Source: Microbotryum violaceum
Lineage: Eukaryota
Direction: 5' to 3'
DNA length: 64,000 nt
Assembly: GCA_001244265.2 (NCBI GenBank)
Contig: CDLV01000007.1
Span: 372,001 to 436,000, forward strand
This document shows positions 24,206-37,005 of the stretch, piece by piece; positions within the stretch are counted from its first letter, which is position 1; every line of letters starts with the position of its first letter. A model generated the notes under the pieces. That model had not been told where the DNA came from and searched no databases. It saw nothing but the letters and a program-made list of their open reading frames with translations. Both the position numbers and the translations under genes were made by a program.

Positions 24206-24982
24206 GTGGGGGAACGCGTCGCCACAGCCTGCAGTGCAAGCTGGCGGCGTGTGGGACGGGGTCCACGGGGTGAGGGCTCTGGGAAGCTCGTACTTGGTCC
24301 TAAAGAGCAGTGACGTTGTTCGACGCGTCATAAAAGGTGAGCAAGGGCCTTTGCGACGAGGGTCGTACCGAGGCACGGCCCTGGCGAGGCGAGGCGCGTC
24401 GCTCAGGAGGTAGAAGGAAGCTGAACAAGAGCTAAACCGAGTCTCATTTGCCCGCGCCGTAAAATCGCTTTCGGGATGAAGCGGCCACTATGCTCGATCA
24501 ACCAAACGGGCCTGCTCATTATCGACGCACACGGCCGGATTGCCCTTGGAGAGCTCGGGCTCTGTAGTGCTCTGTAGCGCTGCTGTGTGGCAGGCGAGTC
24601 GTCCTTGATTAGCCTAATGCCCTGATTCAATTCCTAGTACATTGAGCGCCCCTCGTGAATCCTTTACTCGTTTCCCCCGTTTTCCCTTTTGTTTTGTACT
24701 TTCGCATAGAAAGAACCCTGAAAACCGGACAGGAATTGAAATGATCGTGTGCGAATCAAGTACACTCGTTCTTAAGATATTAGCCGATTGCCTGGAGCCC
24801 AGAAACAGGGGCCACCCGCCAGCGCAGAGAATTAACTCTCGATGATTTGCTACTTCCAGCCGCTCTTCCCCATACTACGACAACAGGGGTCATATCTAAA
24901 CCTTGTGTACTCTATAATTTGTTGAAATTTCTTCTTTATCGTTCGAAGCCGGGGCAAGGAAAACATTTGATCCCCTCATTGT

Positions 24983-27758
24983 TTACTTCTTGTCACCGCA
25001 GTCGAGACCGAGACCCTCGGCGATCATAAAAGCGATGTCGGGTGAGTTGTGAACACCACGGAACTGTAGGAATTGCGTAGTATGCTCAGTCCCTGGTCGT
25101 ACTATCGGCTTCTTGGAGGAATCGTGCGGCTTACCTGCTCGGACGAAGGACCCCATGCGTAGATGGGCACTGCGAGACGCGCAAGTAAAGTACCTCTCAT
25201 GATCAGCTCCTCCATCCCCAAAATACAGCTGAAGACGAGACCATAAGCGCACCATCGGTCAAACTGTGGACACCCTGGTCCTCGTTGACGGGCATATTCC
25301 CTAGCAAAGGAAGAAGATGATGTCGTGTTAGAGGCTGTCCGGCGATACTCAGCGCGGTCTAGCTCTTTCACTCACCCGAGAGCCAGAAACCCCCAGGCGT
25401 CGTACCGTTCGGGTTGGCACGATAAACCGGAGCCGCTTTGGTCGAAGCAGGGTCGAGGACCGTCGAGTTGCGAGGCGAGGGAGACGTCACAAAGTTCTCG
25501 TACTTGTCGACGACGGAGACCAAACCGTAAGCGGCGGCGTAGCGGGGAGTCCACCTGTTCAGAGTGTGGAGGGAAAGACGGGCTTTGAATTCGGTTTCAA
25601 CAAGGGGCATGATCAAGCAAACTCACTGAGTAGGGAAGCCATCGCCTTGAGGGCCGGGAATGACGGAAAAGTTTTGAGGGTTCGAACCGGGAGTCACCTG
25701 GTAGCCCGAGAGACCGCTGTTTACGTAGACGCCGACGGCATCGCGCTTAGTGTCGTTGGTGGTCTGGGCAGCGAGGTAGGCAGTGTCGGCGCCACCGTAG
25801 ACGTCGAAACTAGTACAAAGGGTACGTAAAAACACATCAGAAAAAGATACTTGGAAGCTCCGAGGGTTTCGAAGCCTGGTGTGGCAGGACTCACCCATGG
25901 CCGTGATCGGCGGTAACAACGATGAGCGTGTTCTCAAGCTCACCGAGCTTGTCGAGGTGGTTAATAGTGGCCTTGACGGTGTTGTCGAGCTCCAGCAACT
26001 CGCCGAGAGCGCGGTCGTCTAGTGGTCCGGGGTTGAGTGGCAAAGCAAAAAGGATCAGCATTAGGGGCTATAGAATCCCTGCTCATGCTGGTCACGCCGA
26101 CGAAGGAAGTACCACTCACAGTCTGCAATATGCATCTGCTTGTCGATTGAAGCCGCCTCGGACATGAGCATGAACCCAGTGTTGTTGACCTTGGAACGGG
26201 TGACGAGGATGTCGAGCGCCTTAAGGGTCATGTCCTTCAAGCCGGGCTGGTCCTTAGCGCCGACGGTGCCGTTGTACATGGGCCACGTGTCGAGGTTCTT
26301 CTGGTACTGAGCGACGTTGCGGTCCAACCAAGTAGCCATATTGACACTCGCGTACAAGCCGAGCATGCGCTTCGAATTGTCCAGCTTGTGCAGCGTCGTG
26401 TTGTCGTACGCGAACTGGTAGCCCCGCGACTGGAACCGGGCAACTTTGTCGGTGTTGTTGTTGGCGGCGGAGGCAATGAAGTTGGATCCACCACCCCCCA
26501 TTATGACGTCGGGACCATTCCAGGAGTTCCAGGTGTAGTTGGGCCCGACACCGTCCAAGAATTGATCGACGATGGTGTTGGATTGATTGCGCTGCGAGGT
26601 GTGCGCGCAGACCGCGGCAGGAGTCGCGTCGGCGAGGTAGGCGGTCGTGACGATACCGATCTGCTTGTTCTTGATGCGACGACCCATCTCGAAGACCTGA
26701 GGGAATCAAGAGGATGGAGAAATTAAATGCTTAGCTTGGTCGAAGGGGACCATCCATTGGCCCCGAGAAGATACGCACACTCTCAAACTTGGGGTCACCG
26801 AACGCCTTGCCCGTCGAGTCGGTGTAAGCGTTGAGCGCGTTGACGGTGCTCTTCTTGCCAGAATAGAGCGCTGTCGCCGAGTTGGCCGAGTCGGTGATGA
26901 ACGAGTCCAACGAGTGCGTCATCTGACTTCCGTAGGCGTACGCCTTATCAAGTTGGAGCTTGGTCAGGTACTTGCCGTTGATCGACTTGTGGCCCAGCAA
27001 GCGAGCGGCGGTGATCATCGAAGTGGTCATACCGTCACCGATGAAGAGGACGACGCTGGGAAATGACAAGTTGGCGAGAAATCAGCCCTGGTGCGGTGCA
27101 AGAGATACACGCAGGTCGTGTTGACACACTTCTTGGCCTTCTTGATGTTGACCGGCTTGCGGACGGTCCAGATAGCCTCGGTCTCCATCGTGTTATTGTG
27201 GTATTTGAACGAGACGCCGTAGTCCCCGGGGTGGTCGAGCGAAACATATCGGTACGATTTAGCAATGACGTTGACGAGGGAAGCCGAGTTGTTCTTTTGG
27301 TAGAAGAGATCCTCGTACCAGGTGAAGCTGAGGAGAGATTGGGGAAGACGAAAAAGGAGCGAAAATTGAGTAAAATCAGCCGGCGCACGTGGGGCGAGGT
27401 CGCCGACACAAGGCGCAAGACAGGGGCCCGTCGCGGAATTTTACACTCACTTGTATACCTCATCCTTGGGTTGATCCAGCTTGAAGTACTTGATGAGCGG
27501 GGTCGCCGATCCGCCCGGCGGCGTGATGGTCAACGTAAAGTCGGGGCTAACGACACCGTTGTTGAACGCCTGCGTGCCGTTGACCGGCGCCTGGATCTCT
27601 TGGCGGATGTCGAACTTTTGGCCGACTAAAAAGTCAGTATGGGTAGGAGGGAACAAGCACCCCAACTCGGGGCACGCAGCCGTGCGCCTGAAGGTTTGGG
27701 CATCGACGGACCCGGCCAAAGCGACCAGGCTGACGAGGAGCGAAGAAGCGCCGATCAT
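24983..27758 (-). CDS. Secreted alkaline phosphatase (PhoA family)
   Basis: Signal peptide MIGASSLLVSLVALAGSVDA; VLFIGDGM; TDSANSATA (catalytic Ser); DATPAA; GFMLMSEAASIDKQMH; TADH; many introns. Confidence 0.93.
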
Positions 27759-28082
27759 GAGGGGCCTCGTCGGAGTGGGGGGAAAGCGGGCGCGCGGGTA
27801 GTGTGGGGTTCGAGGGTGGTGATCCTAGAAGAGCTCCTAAACGGGGATCAGCAACAGCTCAAAGGGCGATGTAGATAGTATGCGTGGTCCAACAAGTTGA
27901 ACGACCGAAGAAGTAGGAAAGCAAGGGGCGTCACAGAGCTATCCGCAAAGGGTCACGAAAGATGGGACCGAGAATGCTCAGAGGAAACTCCGGGCCGGCC
28001 ATGAATTCAAAGGCGTGCGTCAGGACTCCAGCAGCCCAAATGTCTCAGACGGGCAGCAGGCCCGAAAGTGATGCTTGAGCTT

Positions 28083-28473
28083 CACGTGGAGGTGGATTGT
28101 CGGATCGGCTTTCGGCACCTGCGCATCGCTCTTAGGGCTGCATGTTCCGCCCTAAAAAGTTCGAATGCTGACTCTGGTCGGTGGTTGGCCAGAGTCGACG
28201 CGCACCCGAACACGTGCTTGGCGGTCCAGACGGCGCGCGCATCAGTTTGCCCGCGGCCATTGCAACTCGGATTCCCAACGTCATATACTTGATCGGATGG
28301 CGGGCACCACATCGAATATTTCGTTTAGCCGATTGCATTCGGTTTTGTAGTTTGCCCCACCGCCCGTGCCGGCCTTCAAATTCCGGTACAGCAGTGGAAC
28401 GTGGCCCGCTGCCATGCAGTGAGACTCAGAGCTTTGACTAAGCTAAGTCGAGGTTTCCCTGAGTGCGCACGTT
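28083..28473. promoter_or_regulatory. Cluster of Pho4-type E-boxes upstream of the alkaline phosphatase
   Basis: CACGTG at 28083 and 28211, AACGTG at 28398, CACGTT at 28468. Confidence 0.55.
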
Positions 28474-28711
28474 CCGAATTTAAGCGCCGATCGCAATAAC
28501 CAATTCTACCTCCTCATCCCGCCACTCGACTTGAGGGGAGCACTAAAGGGATTCATGCCTGTCGATCTCGGTCTTGGTATATCTATTTTGGGTCTTTGCC
28601 AAGGCCAATCTCGATCTCCGCTCAGCGCTGCTTGTCGTCGTGATGATCCACCAGGCGCGTGGTCAGATCGTCCATCCTGCTGTTTGGTCAAACGGAGACC
28701 GATGTCAGGTT

Positions 28712-28713
<2 letters not shown>

Positions 28714-28756
<43 letters not shown>
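28714..28756. repeat. Poly-T tract of about 43 nt (poly-A on the minus strand)
   Basis: Direct reading. Confidence 0.95.
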
Positions 28757-28875
28757 CAATTCAACTCGTAGTGCTGGTTTTGATGATTACAAATTCAAAA
28801 GATGAGGCTGTAAAAATGAGTGGTGTACAGCGGAGGGCTTCTTCAAGTCACCCGATCACAAAATCTGGCCTATGC

Positions 28876-30580
28876 TCAGAAGGTGTGGTTGAACACTGTC
28901 TCAACAAAGAAATCAAAGTATACTATCAGCTCATAATTACCCCTGATACTCAGATCAAGGACACTTACAGTCCCCATCGCCTTGACTCGACGCTGGCTTC
29001 AAAGCCGGCTCCTCTCTTCGCGCGGGGGTTTTGGACGGTCTCGAGCTTGCCCAGGCCTGCTCCGGTCCTTCACTTTCGAACGAATCGAACCTCGACGTCG
29101 GAGCACTCACGTTCGTCGTCACCTTGCTCCTCGCTGGTGCGCCGTTGATCTCGCGTTCAAAGTCATCCTGGTAGTCGTCGGCAGCTTGCGTGCGCTTGCC
29201 ACTCAGAGGGTCACCGCCAGCCGAGGGGCGACGGGCGTTCATGCGGTCGAAGCGATCGTCCCGTCCACCTCCACCACCACCACCGGAAGATGACGACGCG
29301 TTCTCGTAGCGGCTGCGGCTCTTGCCCAAGAAGCCCCTGCCTTTGAGTTTCTTCGGTCCGCTTGACGCCGACGAGGCGGGCATCGCATCGGCCCCACTCG
29401 TAGAAGGGAAGAACTCTTCGTTGTCCAAGGGGTCATAAGGCCGGCTGGAAGCAGGTGCACGCCCATCATCATCGCCAGGTCTTCGCGGGTTGCCCTGCAC
29501 TTCCTCCTCCTCGACGAGGTCGTCCCACGGCGAGGTGATGTGGAAGCCGCGATGCTGCTTCTTGCCACCGGTGCTCAGGTTAGGGTTGCCCGAGAAACGA
29601 GGTCGATTCGCAGGTTCGGGTCCACGTCCATCCCAATCGGCCGCCCCACCGGGTTGGCCAGATTCGACCGAGTCAGCATCGGCGTATTCGTTCCGGGCCG
29701 AGTCCGGGAGTCGTTCTGCGAGAAAGGCCAAGGAGTGATGTCAGCTCGGGGTTGCAGCATTGATGCAGAGCTGCATGGTGTGAATGTACCGTCGTAGCGA
29801 CCTGCCCAGGCGTGCTTGCCACCTCGCTTGTCCTTGACATGGACGAGGCCAAACTTGACGGCCCATTTTGGGGTGCGAGCTGCGGTTCGGTTGTTGCGGA
29901 TCGATTGACAGTACTGTTTGAAGAGCGTGCACTTGCGCGTCAGTTTATGGGACTTGTCCAGCCAGGACCCTTGAATGGACTCACAAAGCTGTAACGTGAC
30001 CAAAGCGGGGCCGGGACAGAGCGAGCACAGTCAGAGACGCGGAGAGAGGACCGAGTGTCAGCCGCAACTGTGCCCAACATCGGAAAGAAGCAGAAGAGAC
30101 GAGAGACCGACTTGTGACCATGACCGGGAAAGTAGCCACAGATGGTGCAGAGCACGTTGATAAAAAAGTCGCGTCCGATGCCGAACCGGACCGCGACGGC
30201 GAGGGGTGGGGCGAGCCAGCCGCTGGGAAGCGCGCTCGACGGACGCTGAGTGCCACACGCTCGATCCCGAGTGCAAAGCCCACATACACTTACCAGATGA
30301 GAACGAGCACGTAGAAGAAGTGGTGCGCCTTGGCCTGTGCGCGGTGGGATGTGGTGCGGGTGCGGGTGCGTGAGCGTGTAGGTTGGTGATCATCGCTTCA
30401 GGCCGACCGCGTCCGTCATCGTCGGATCCTCGCCGGGTTGGTCTTGCCTCACTCGGCCTCGGGGAGCCAGCAGCAGCACATCGGAGCAGCCAGAAAGAGA
30501 CTGCAGCGGGGACTGACCTTGACACCCTTTTTGCGCATGCGCGAGCCCTTGGCAGAGATTTTGGCGGCGGCGGCGTCCAT
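28876..30580 (-). CDS. Pmp3/UPF0057-domain membrane protein with long disordered C-terminus
   Basis: Spliced model MDAAAAKISAKG...HHFFYVLVLI...INVLCTICGYFPGHGH...IRNNRTAARTPKWAVKFGLV, ending DLFNHTF* at 28876. Confidence 0.7.
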
Positions 30581-30958
30581 GAGGTGTTGGCTTACTTGCG
30601 GCTTGTTGTAGCACGAGTGGGGTAACTTGTGGACCTGTGTTGGCGGGAGGAGCGAGGCCCTGAGGCGGCCCTGAGGCCCTGAGGCCTGAGAGGCGCGGAG
30701 GCCACACCAGCTCTCACCGATCCCAGGCCACACCTCGCGCGGCTGACCCTCGCGTAATAGCTCATTAGTCCCCAAATGACTCTGAGTTGTAGGTTCGTAC
30801 GCGTGACTTGTAATTGGCATTGCCGGCCTTCTGCGAACATCTCTCATCCCAACGCTTTTCGCGAACTCACGTCCTGACCCGTCATCGACGGCTCGACATC
30901 ACGGACAGCTTGTTTGTGTGAAGCGTAGCCTCACGTGAGCTATGAGCTTGCGCCTACG

Positions 30959-32795
30959 ATGAGCCACCAGTACCATTATGTCAGATCCGACTCGGACCAT
31001 CTGCAGCACCACGACGCTCGTGCCCCACCAGCTCCCCTGTCGCCGCTGGGTGAGACGCCAGTCATCTTTCACACCACCTCGACCGTTGTCGCACCGTCAG
31101 CCCCGACCATCGAGGCCCCCCATCCCTCGCATTCGGGGAATCCAAACAGCAGCATCGCTGTCGCCCACGACTTTCTCCCTCTTCCCCTGTCGCACGACGA
31201 CAAGGGAGGCGACTCGAGGCGGTATACAGCACCAGCCGTCCGCGCGCCGTCGCGGAACCTGTTTCAGCAACCCTCGGTCGCGGTGGATGATGCGCCGCCG
31301 ACGACAGCGAATCCCGGCTTCCCTTCTTCCTCCAAGGACGAGCTCGACAACCATGCACATCTCATTTCGTCCAAACCCCACTCGCCGAACATCGTCGACT
31401 CCAAGCCCAAGACGAGCGCGCTTGACACGATCAAGACCTTTTTCCGAGCCTTCAACACCCCGAACCAGGTCAGTTGGCGGCCTCGGCGCCCAGAGTCCCC
31501 ATGACGGATCGGACCCGAACTCCGAACAATACATTGCGGCGGCTGATAAAGTGCGCACGGTAAATCTTTCTCAGCTCGCGCTATTGGCATTGATCGGCAT
31601 CCAAGCCATCTGTGCTCTCTCGATGATCGCACTCATCTATGCAACCATCAACGACGCCATCGGCGACCTCTCGTTCCAGGACACCTTCCTTGTCGCGCCC
31701 AAGCTCGAGTTTGTCGCGACATATCTCGGCGTCTTCATCTTGGCAGTGTGAGTCGTGGGTGTCGACTCTGTGTCTCACTGTCATGGAATTTTCCGTAATC
31801 TAACCGGCTCGCTGTACCAATTCGCAGCATCTTCGAAATCTTGGTCGCGCTCGACGCGCTGCAGCAGAAGAACATCATCTCCATCTACCTCATCACGTTT
31901 TTCCAAATCGCCATGCTCGTCTACTCGGCCGTGCTTCCGAGCCAGCTCGACGTCGCGTTGCGGGGCTCGTCAGCCGACACCCACTTTGTGCACAATCACG
32001 TCAAAGGCTACGCCATCGCAATCCCTTGCGTCGTCGCCCTAGTCACAGCCGGCCTCGGATTCTTGTCGTGGCGGCTGAACGACGAGTTCAACTGGGAGCT
32101 GTTCCGCCGTGTCGTCGGACCCGAAGTGCACCTCCGACGCATGTACCTCGTCTACCAAATTTTTGTCGGCGTGCTCAAGTTCGATGCATTCTTTTTCATC
32201 GGTTTCTCGATTCAATTCCTCGTCCTGGTCACGGGCGTGCCCGTCGGCGAATTGGCCGTCACGATCGCCGCACTGCCCATCATCTGCGTCTTTCTCTTCT
32301 TGTCGTCGCTATTTGTCAAACACGAGTTCCGGCCTGGGGTTTACTTGACCTTGGTTATTGACCTGGCCGGTATGGCCTACTTCGTCTACAAACTTTACCG
32401 CGTCTACGTGCCGAGTGAATACGCCCGTTACGTCGGCGCCAGAAAGACTTTGACCATCTTTTCGGTCCTCTCGCTCGTCTTTCTCGTCGTAACGTTCTGT
32501 CTCAACGCTTTGTGCATGAGCAATTTCGACAGAGGGCTAAAGGAGCGAAGTAAGCTCCGCGCGTCACTGGTTTCCTGCTTCAAGTGACGTAGGCGCTGAT
32601 CCATGCCTTAGCTTTGATCCTGGGTTAGTTCCTCGTTTCGCCTGGGCCGGACGAAGCCATGCCTTGTCGAGCCATCGACGAAAACGCATGTCCCTTGGCC
32701 CCGATGGATCCAAGGTCGTCGACGTCGTCGACCAGGCGCCACCGCAGCCGAATTTGGCGTTGGAGAGGTCGCGCACGAGGATGAGTTTGGATTGA
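30959..32795 (+). CDS. Multi-pass membrane protein, UPF0658 (Golgi membrane protein)-like
   Basis: ALDALQQKNIISI, EFNWELFRRVVG...LRRMYLVYQIFVGVLKFDAFFFIGFSIQFL, AYFVYKLYRV, CMSNFDRGLK; ends RMSLD*. Confidence 0.75.
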
Positions 32796-33033
32796 ACGAC
32801 GTGCGACAAAGCTCGTATTCGACTCGAGTCGATGGACGTGCGAGGTGGAAAAGACGCTCTTTTTTCAGACACTATTACTCATCTTTCAGGGGGCTTTTGG
32901 CAAGGATGTCTCTTCCGGCTTACTGACATTCCATTCTTAGTCTCTTCGTTCTTGTCCCCAGGTCTTTCACTCGGGCGAGCATTGTTCACTTGTTTCCTTA
33001 TGCGTATGTTGTAATTTCGGGCCGTTATTATAA

Positions 33034-33240
33034 GAGAAAAGGACAAAAATGCCCTCGCTTCTTTTCATGAGGACAGAAATGCCCTTCTCTAAAGGACCAA
33101 AATGCCCTCGGATTCTCAACTTCTGTAATACTTGATGTCAGCTCATAACCACGACGGTAGCTTCTTGTAGTCGTTGTGACCAGCGCCGTATACTCAGAAT
33201 CCCCAGAGATGTCGTGAGAAGCCAGTTATCACGGTCGCAA
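33034..33240 (+). repeat. MULE left terminal inverted repeat
   Basis: Reverse complement of 34005-34244; contains 3 copies of AGGACnnAAATGCCC. Confidence 0.92.
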
Positions 33241-33360
33241 GCCGAAAGCGAGCGATGAGTATAAACCGCAGTGGATTTCATATGAAACAGGCCAGCATGC
33301 CTTCAACTTGTAGTAACATTGACAGTCCTGACACCTTATGCTCAGATGCAAATGGTCTAT

Positions 33361-33838
33361 CTATCTATCGCATGTAACTCGGTTGTGTCCAGGGCCTTTG
33401 CAGAGAGCACAGATCGTGTCGCGCTTGGACCTCTCGTCCGCACCCTGGATCCTGCGCTTGATCGGACGTCGTGTACGCGTGGAGAGATGTGACGTAAAGA
33501 TGATGACACCCTATTCTTCGCCAGTTGAGTCACTATCGGTCACTTCACCATGACCTCATGACGCTCACGAGGAAGACGATGCAGCTTCCATTCGGCCCGA
33601 GATGGAGCAGGTTGGAGCGGTGTCGCTTAAGTCTGCTCTTGCTGTCGCCGGTGTGCAGCAGCGATCGGTGACTGTGGGCTTCATTAAAGACAATGATGGT
33701 CCAAACACTGCATTCTCCTTTGGAGACAGCAGTGGCAGAGAAGGAGCACGGAGGATATTGGACACTCTTGCTCACGACGCATGCAAACTTGCGAATGTCG
33801 CTGAAACTGGTGATCAAGCGCATATTGATGGCCCGCAT
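33361..33838 (-). pseudogene. MULE transposase remnants (FAR1/WRKY-like N-terminal motif and C-terminal zinc knuckle; DDE core absent)
   Basis: CSFSATAVSKGECSVWTIIVFNEAHSH (about 33750-33668) and RRPIKRRIQGADERSKRDTICALCKGPGHNRVTC* (about 33470-33361), with stops in between. Confidence 0.75.
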
Positions 33839-34004
33839 CTGTGAGCTCCTTCTAGAGACTTTCCCCCTCCCAGAAAGAATGTATCATTGTCAAAAGTCGG
33901 TGGTGACTTCGATGTCGGGGCGAGAATGCGGAAGGTGGCCAACGTCGATTCGTGAACTGAACTCGCGCGCCTCGACGCGTCGACGATCGATGAGGACCCC
34001 TGAC

Positions 34005-34244
34005 TTTGCGACCGTGATAACTGGCTTCTCACGGCATCTCTGGGGATTCTGAGTATACGGCGCTGGTCACAACGACTACAAGAAGCTACCGTCGTGTTTA
34101 TGAGCTGATATATCAAGGATTACAGAATTCGAGAATCCGAGGGCATTTTGGTCCTTTACAGAAGGGCATTTCTGTCCTCATGAAAAGAAGTGGGGGCATT
34201 TTCGTCCTTTCGCTATCTTTCGAGGGCATTTTTGTCCTTTTCTC
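34005..34244 (-). repeat. MULE right terminal inverted repeat
   Basis: Reverse complement of the left TIR plus an extra 30-bp unit; contains 4 copies of AGGACnnAAATGCCC. Confidence 0.92.
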
Positions 34245-34396
34245 TTGTTATAATGTCGTTGCCAGACGCGGATGGAGAGAAAAACAGCATCCAGGGCTCG
34301 TTCGGGGTTAAAGAAAGAAGTGGACCGGACGCGATACAGTGATACACAAGAGAACAAGTTACAAGAGCTGGCACGGCCGTGAATGAAGATTATTGC

Positions 34397-37005
34397 CTAG
34401 TTCGGACTCTCCACGCTCTCTGTCAGAATAGGGGGGCCTTGATGAGGGCTGCTCGGGATATCCAAGGCACCTTCTTCACTCGGATCGCCCGAGGCCTTCG
34501 AAGAAGAGCCATTCGACAATCCGACGGCTTGGAGTGCGGCACTGATGTCGGTGCCTAGATCCCCGCTATCTTCCCCTTCGTCATCCATCAATTTAGGTAT
34601 ACTCTTCCTCTTGGGTTTCGTTGGCGTAGTCGTCGACGCGACCCCGTTCATCACATTCCCATTCGCTAGGGGGGACAACGTAGGATCCACCCCCGTCGCA
34701 CCGAAAGCAAGTGACTTTTTCCTCGGTGTACTCGGACTAGGTGAGCCCAAGTCCCCATTATCATGATCGAGACTGACGTCGGAATCGGCGTCGTCGTCGT
34801 TGTGGCGATCATTCCCGTCGTGTTCGCCTTCGACGGGATGCTCTTCCTCCATCGCTTCGAGGACGTCTTGTTCGGCGTTGGAGAAGGGTGTTGTCGCGCT
34901 GGGTTCGGTTGGCGTCCCTGCAATCGAGCTGGATTCTCGTGCAGAGGTGGTCAAGGAAGGTGATGAAAGGGGCTTGGTGAACTGCGAGAAAAGCAGCGGA
35001 AGGTTCAGTATGGACGCCAACGATGAGACCAAATCGACGGCAAAAAAACAAACTCACCTTTTCCAACTCAACCCACCACGCGTTCAACTCTTCCCAACTC
35101 TTGGCTCTGAACACATGCTTCGTCCCCTCTCCATCCTGAACCGTAAACAGGGCCTCCAGAGCCTTCCCTTTGGTCGGCACATCCGGGATCGGCATCGGGC
35201 CCAAACTGCACAGCGTCAAGTTCATCGAATTGACGGGAGAAGCAAAATTCGCTCCCGAGTTGGCGTATGAGAGCAGGTTGCCGGAAGGGGTCAGGATGTA
35301 GAAGGAAGGTTTCCACGATTTGAGGATGCGTGATTGACGATCGAGTAGCCCTTCTTTGACGGGCTTGGTCAAGGCATCGTCCCGTCCGACGTAGGTGACT
35401 TCGTCGGGCGAACGTAAGGGGGTTTCCGGTGGGATGGTGAAGTTGGAACGCTGGAAGTAGTTCCATTCCGTCTGGTCGCCGGACTCTTGATCAGCTGTAT
35501 TTCGGCTGTGGTACTCGACGAGCAAGGACTCACCTCGGGTGCAACACCGTCCACACCAGCAGAGAGTATCATTGATTGTTGTTGGTTCGTCAACAGCAGG
35601 TTGGAGCTGGCAGAGATAGGGGGCAGACGGTTTGTTAGTCGGCCTCATAGGTCAAGCTCGTCGAAGACATTCTCGGCTTACTTTGCTGTTTCCCAAATCG
35701 ACCAACACCGATTGATTTCTCTCCAAACGTCCTTCTCCTTGGCCTCGGTCTTTTCGGTCCAACTCAACACAGCGGCCAAGAGTTCGTTCTCCTTGATGAC
35801 TTGCTGTTTGATCTGCGTCGCTGCAGCTGCTTTGAGGATGACGGGGTCTTGGGACGAGTCCGAAGCATTCATCGAGAGGGGTAAACCAGCCGAGGTGATG
35901 GCTGTCGATAGTGATGTGAGGATGGTCGTCGAGGATTCCCTACAGAGTCCGAACCCAGACTCTTCGTGAGGGGTGAATCTTATGCGGCGGCAAAGTCGCA
36001 AGTGGCTCACCTTTCTTTGATCACTGCCTCGATCAATTTGTTCACCTCCTTCTCCAAAGCTGCAATGTGGCTCTTCATATCCGGCCTCTGTCATCCGCGC
36101 ACGAGATCCAGTCTCATGTCAGCCCAGGTCCGCGTGCATCGAAAACGAGCACTTTTTCCGGGTGAGAAATTACTGACAATCTTCTTCAAAGGAATGACAA
36201 CGTTCTTGTTCAGGTTCTTGGCCAATGCGGCATGTTCCTCGGCGACCAAAGTGTTGGTCTCCTTGGTCTGCTGTAGTAGATCGGCCCATCCACCTCCGGC
36301 ACCTCCTATCGGAGTGTTGCCTCCCGACGTGGACGAGTTGAGCGAACTCGAGGTCGCTGACGTGGCGGGGATAAAGAGCGTCGATTCGGCCAAGGGCGTT
36401 TGAATCAATTTGGGGTCGGAGAGCTTGAGCAGTGTCGCCGAGTGGGATTGATGGGCGACGGAAAGACCTGCGATGAGCCAAATAAATATTGAGAAAGGAA
36501 TGAGTACTCGCTCGTAGGTCACGTAGTTGATATCTCCAACTGCGAATAGTTCGCGGGTTCTCCGCAAAGGATTCGACAGTCTCACAGACCGCTTCGTGAG
36601 GCCGTCCTCGGAGATGGTGGTGCGCACGATCGTCGCGTGGACAACGGCCGATGAATACCATCGTTCGTCCGAGCAAGCTGATCAGCTCCACCCGAGTCTT
36701 CAGGCGTCGTGGAGCTCACCTTCGAAGTAGGCGACGAGCATCTTGCTAATTCTCTTGATCTCGTGACACCTCGCGACGAGGACATCGCTGGGTCTTGAGC
36801 CAATGCTCGGGAACGGGTCAACGGGCGCGGCACGCGGTGGGACGGCGCCCAAAGAGGTCAACGACGCGCCATTGGTCGTCGTATTCGAGCTACTGCTGAT
36901 AGAGGAGAAGAGCGGTGGCGGGGTCGAAAAGGAGAAGGAGGAGGAGGAAGGTGACTTTGCGGCGGGTGGTGTTGGTGAGGACGAGGAAGAGTAGCGGCCA
37001 AACAT
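34397..37005 (-). CDS. Slm1-like BAR/PH domain protein
   Basis: RPSDVLVARCHEIKRISKMLVAYFE, helical BAR-like region, and PH domain PVKEGLLDRQSRILKSWKPSFYILTPSGNLLSY...HVFRAKSWEELNAWW. Confidence 0.8.

Larger units (their letters stand above)
33034..34244 (-). mobile_element. Non-autonomous (internally deleted) Mutator-like DNA transposon (MULE)
   Basis: TIRs of about 207 and 240 bp beginning GAGAAAAGGAC; 9-bp TSD TTATTATAA (33025-33033) / TTGTTATAA (34245-34253); internal transposase remnants. Confidence 0.9.

Noticed and set aside
28531-29148. Poly-Phe ORF on the plus strand
   Set aside because: Artefact of the poly-T tract; antisense to the Pmp3-like gene.
30653-30694. Degenerate CCTGAGG repeats
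   Set aside because: Short low-complexity repeat with no further structure.
33034-33110. CRISPR-like repeat-spacer array
   Set aside because: Eukaryotic DNA; the repeats are TIR sub-repeats with very short spacers, mirrored at the other end of the element.
33241-34004. Pack-MULE carrying a captured host gene
   Set aside because: The recognisable internal motifs are transposase-like rather than host-gene-like; the middle part remains unassigned.
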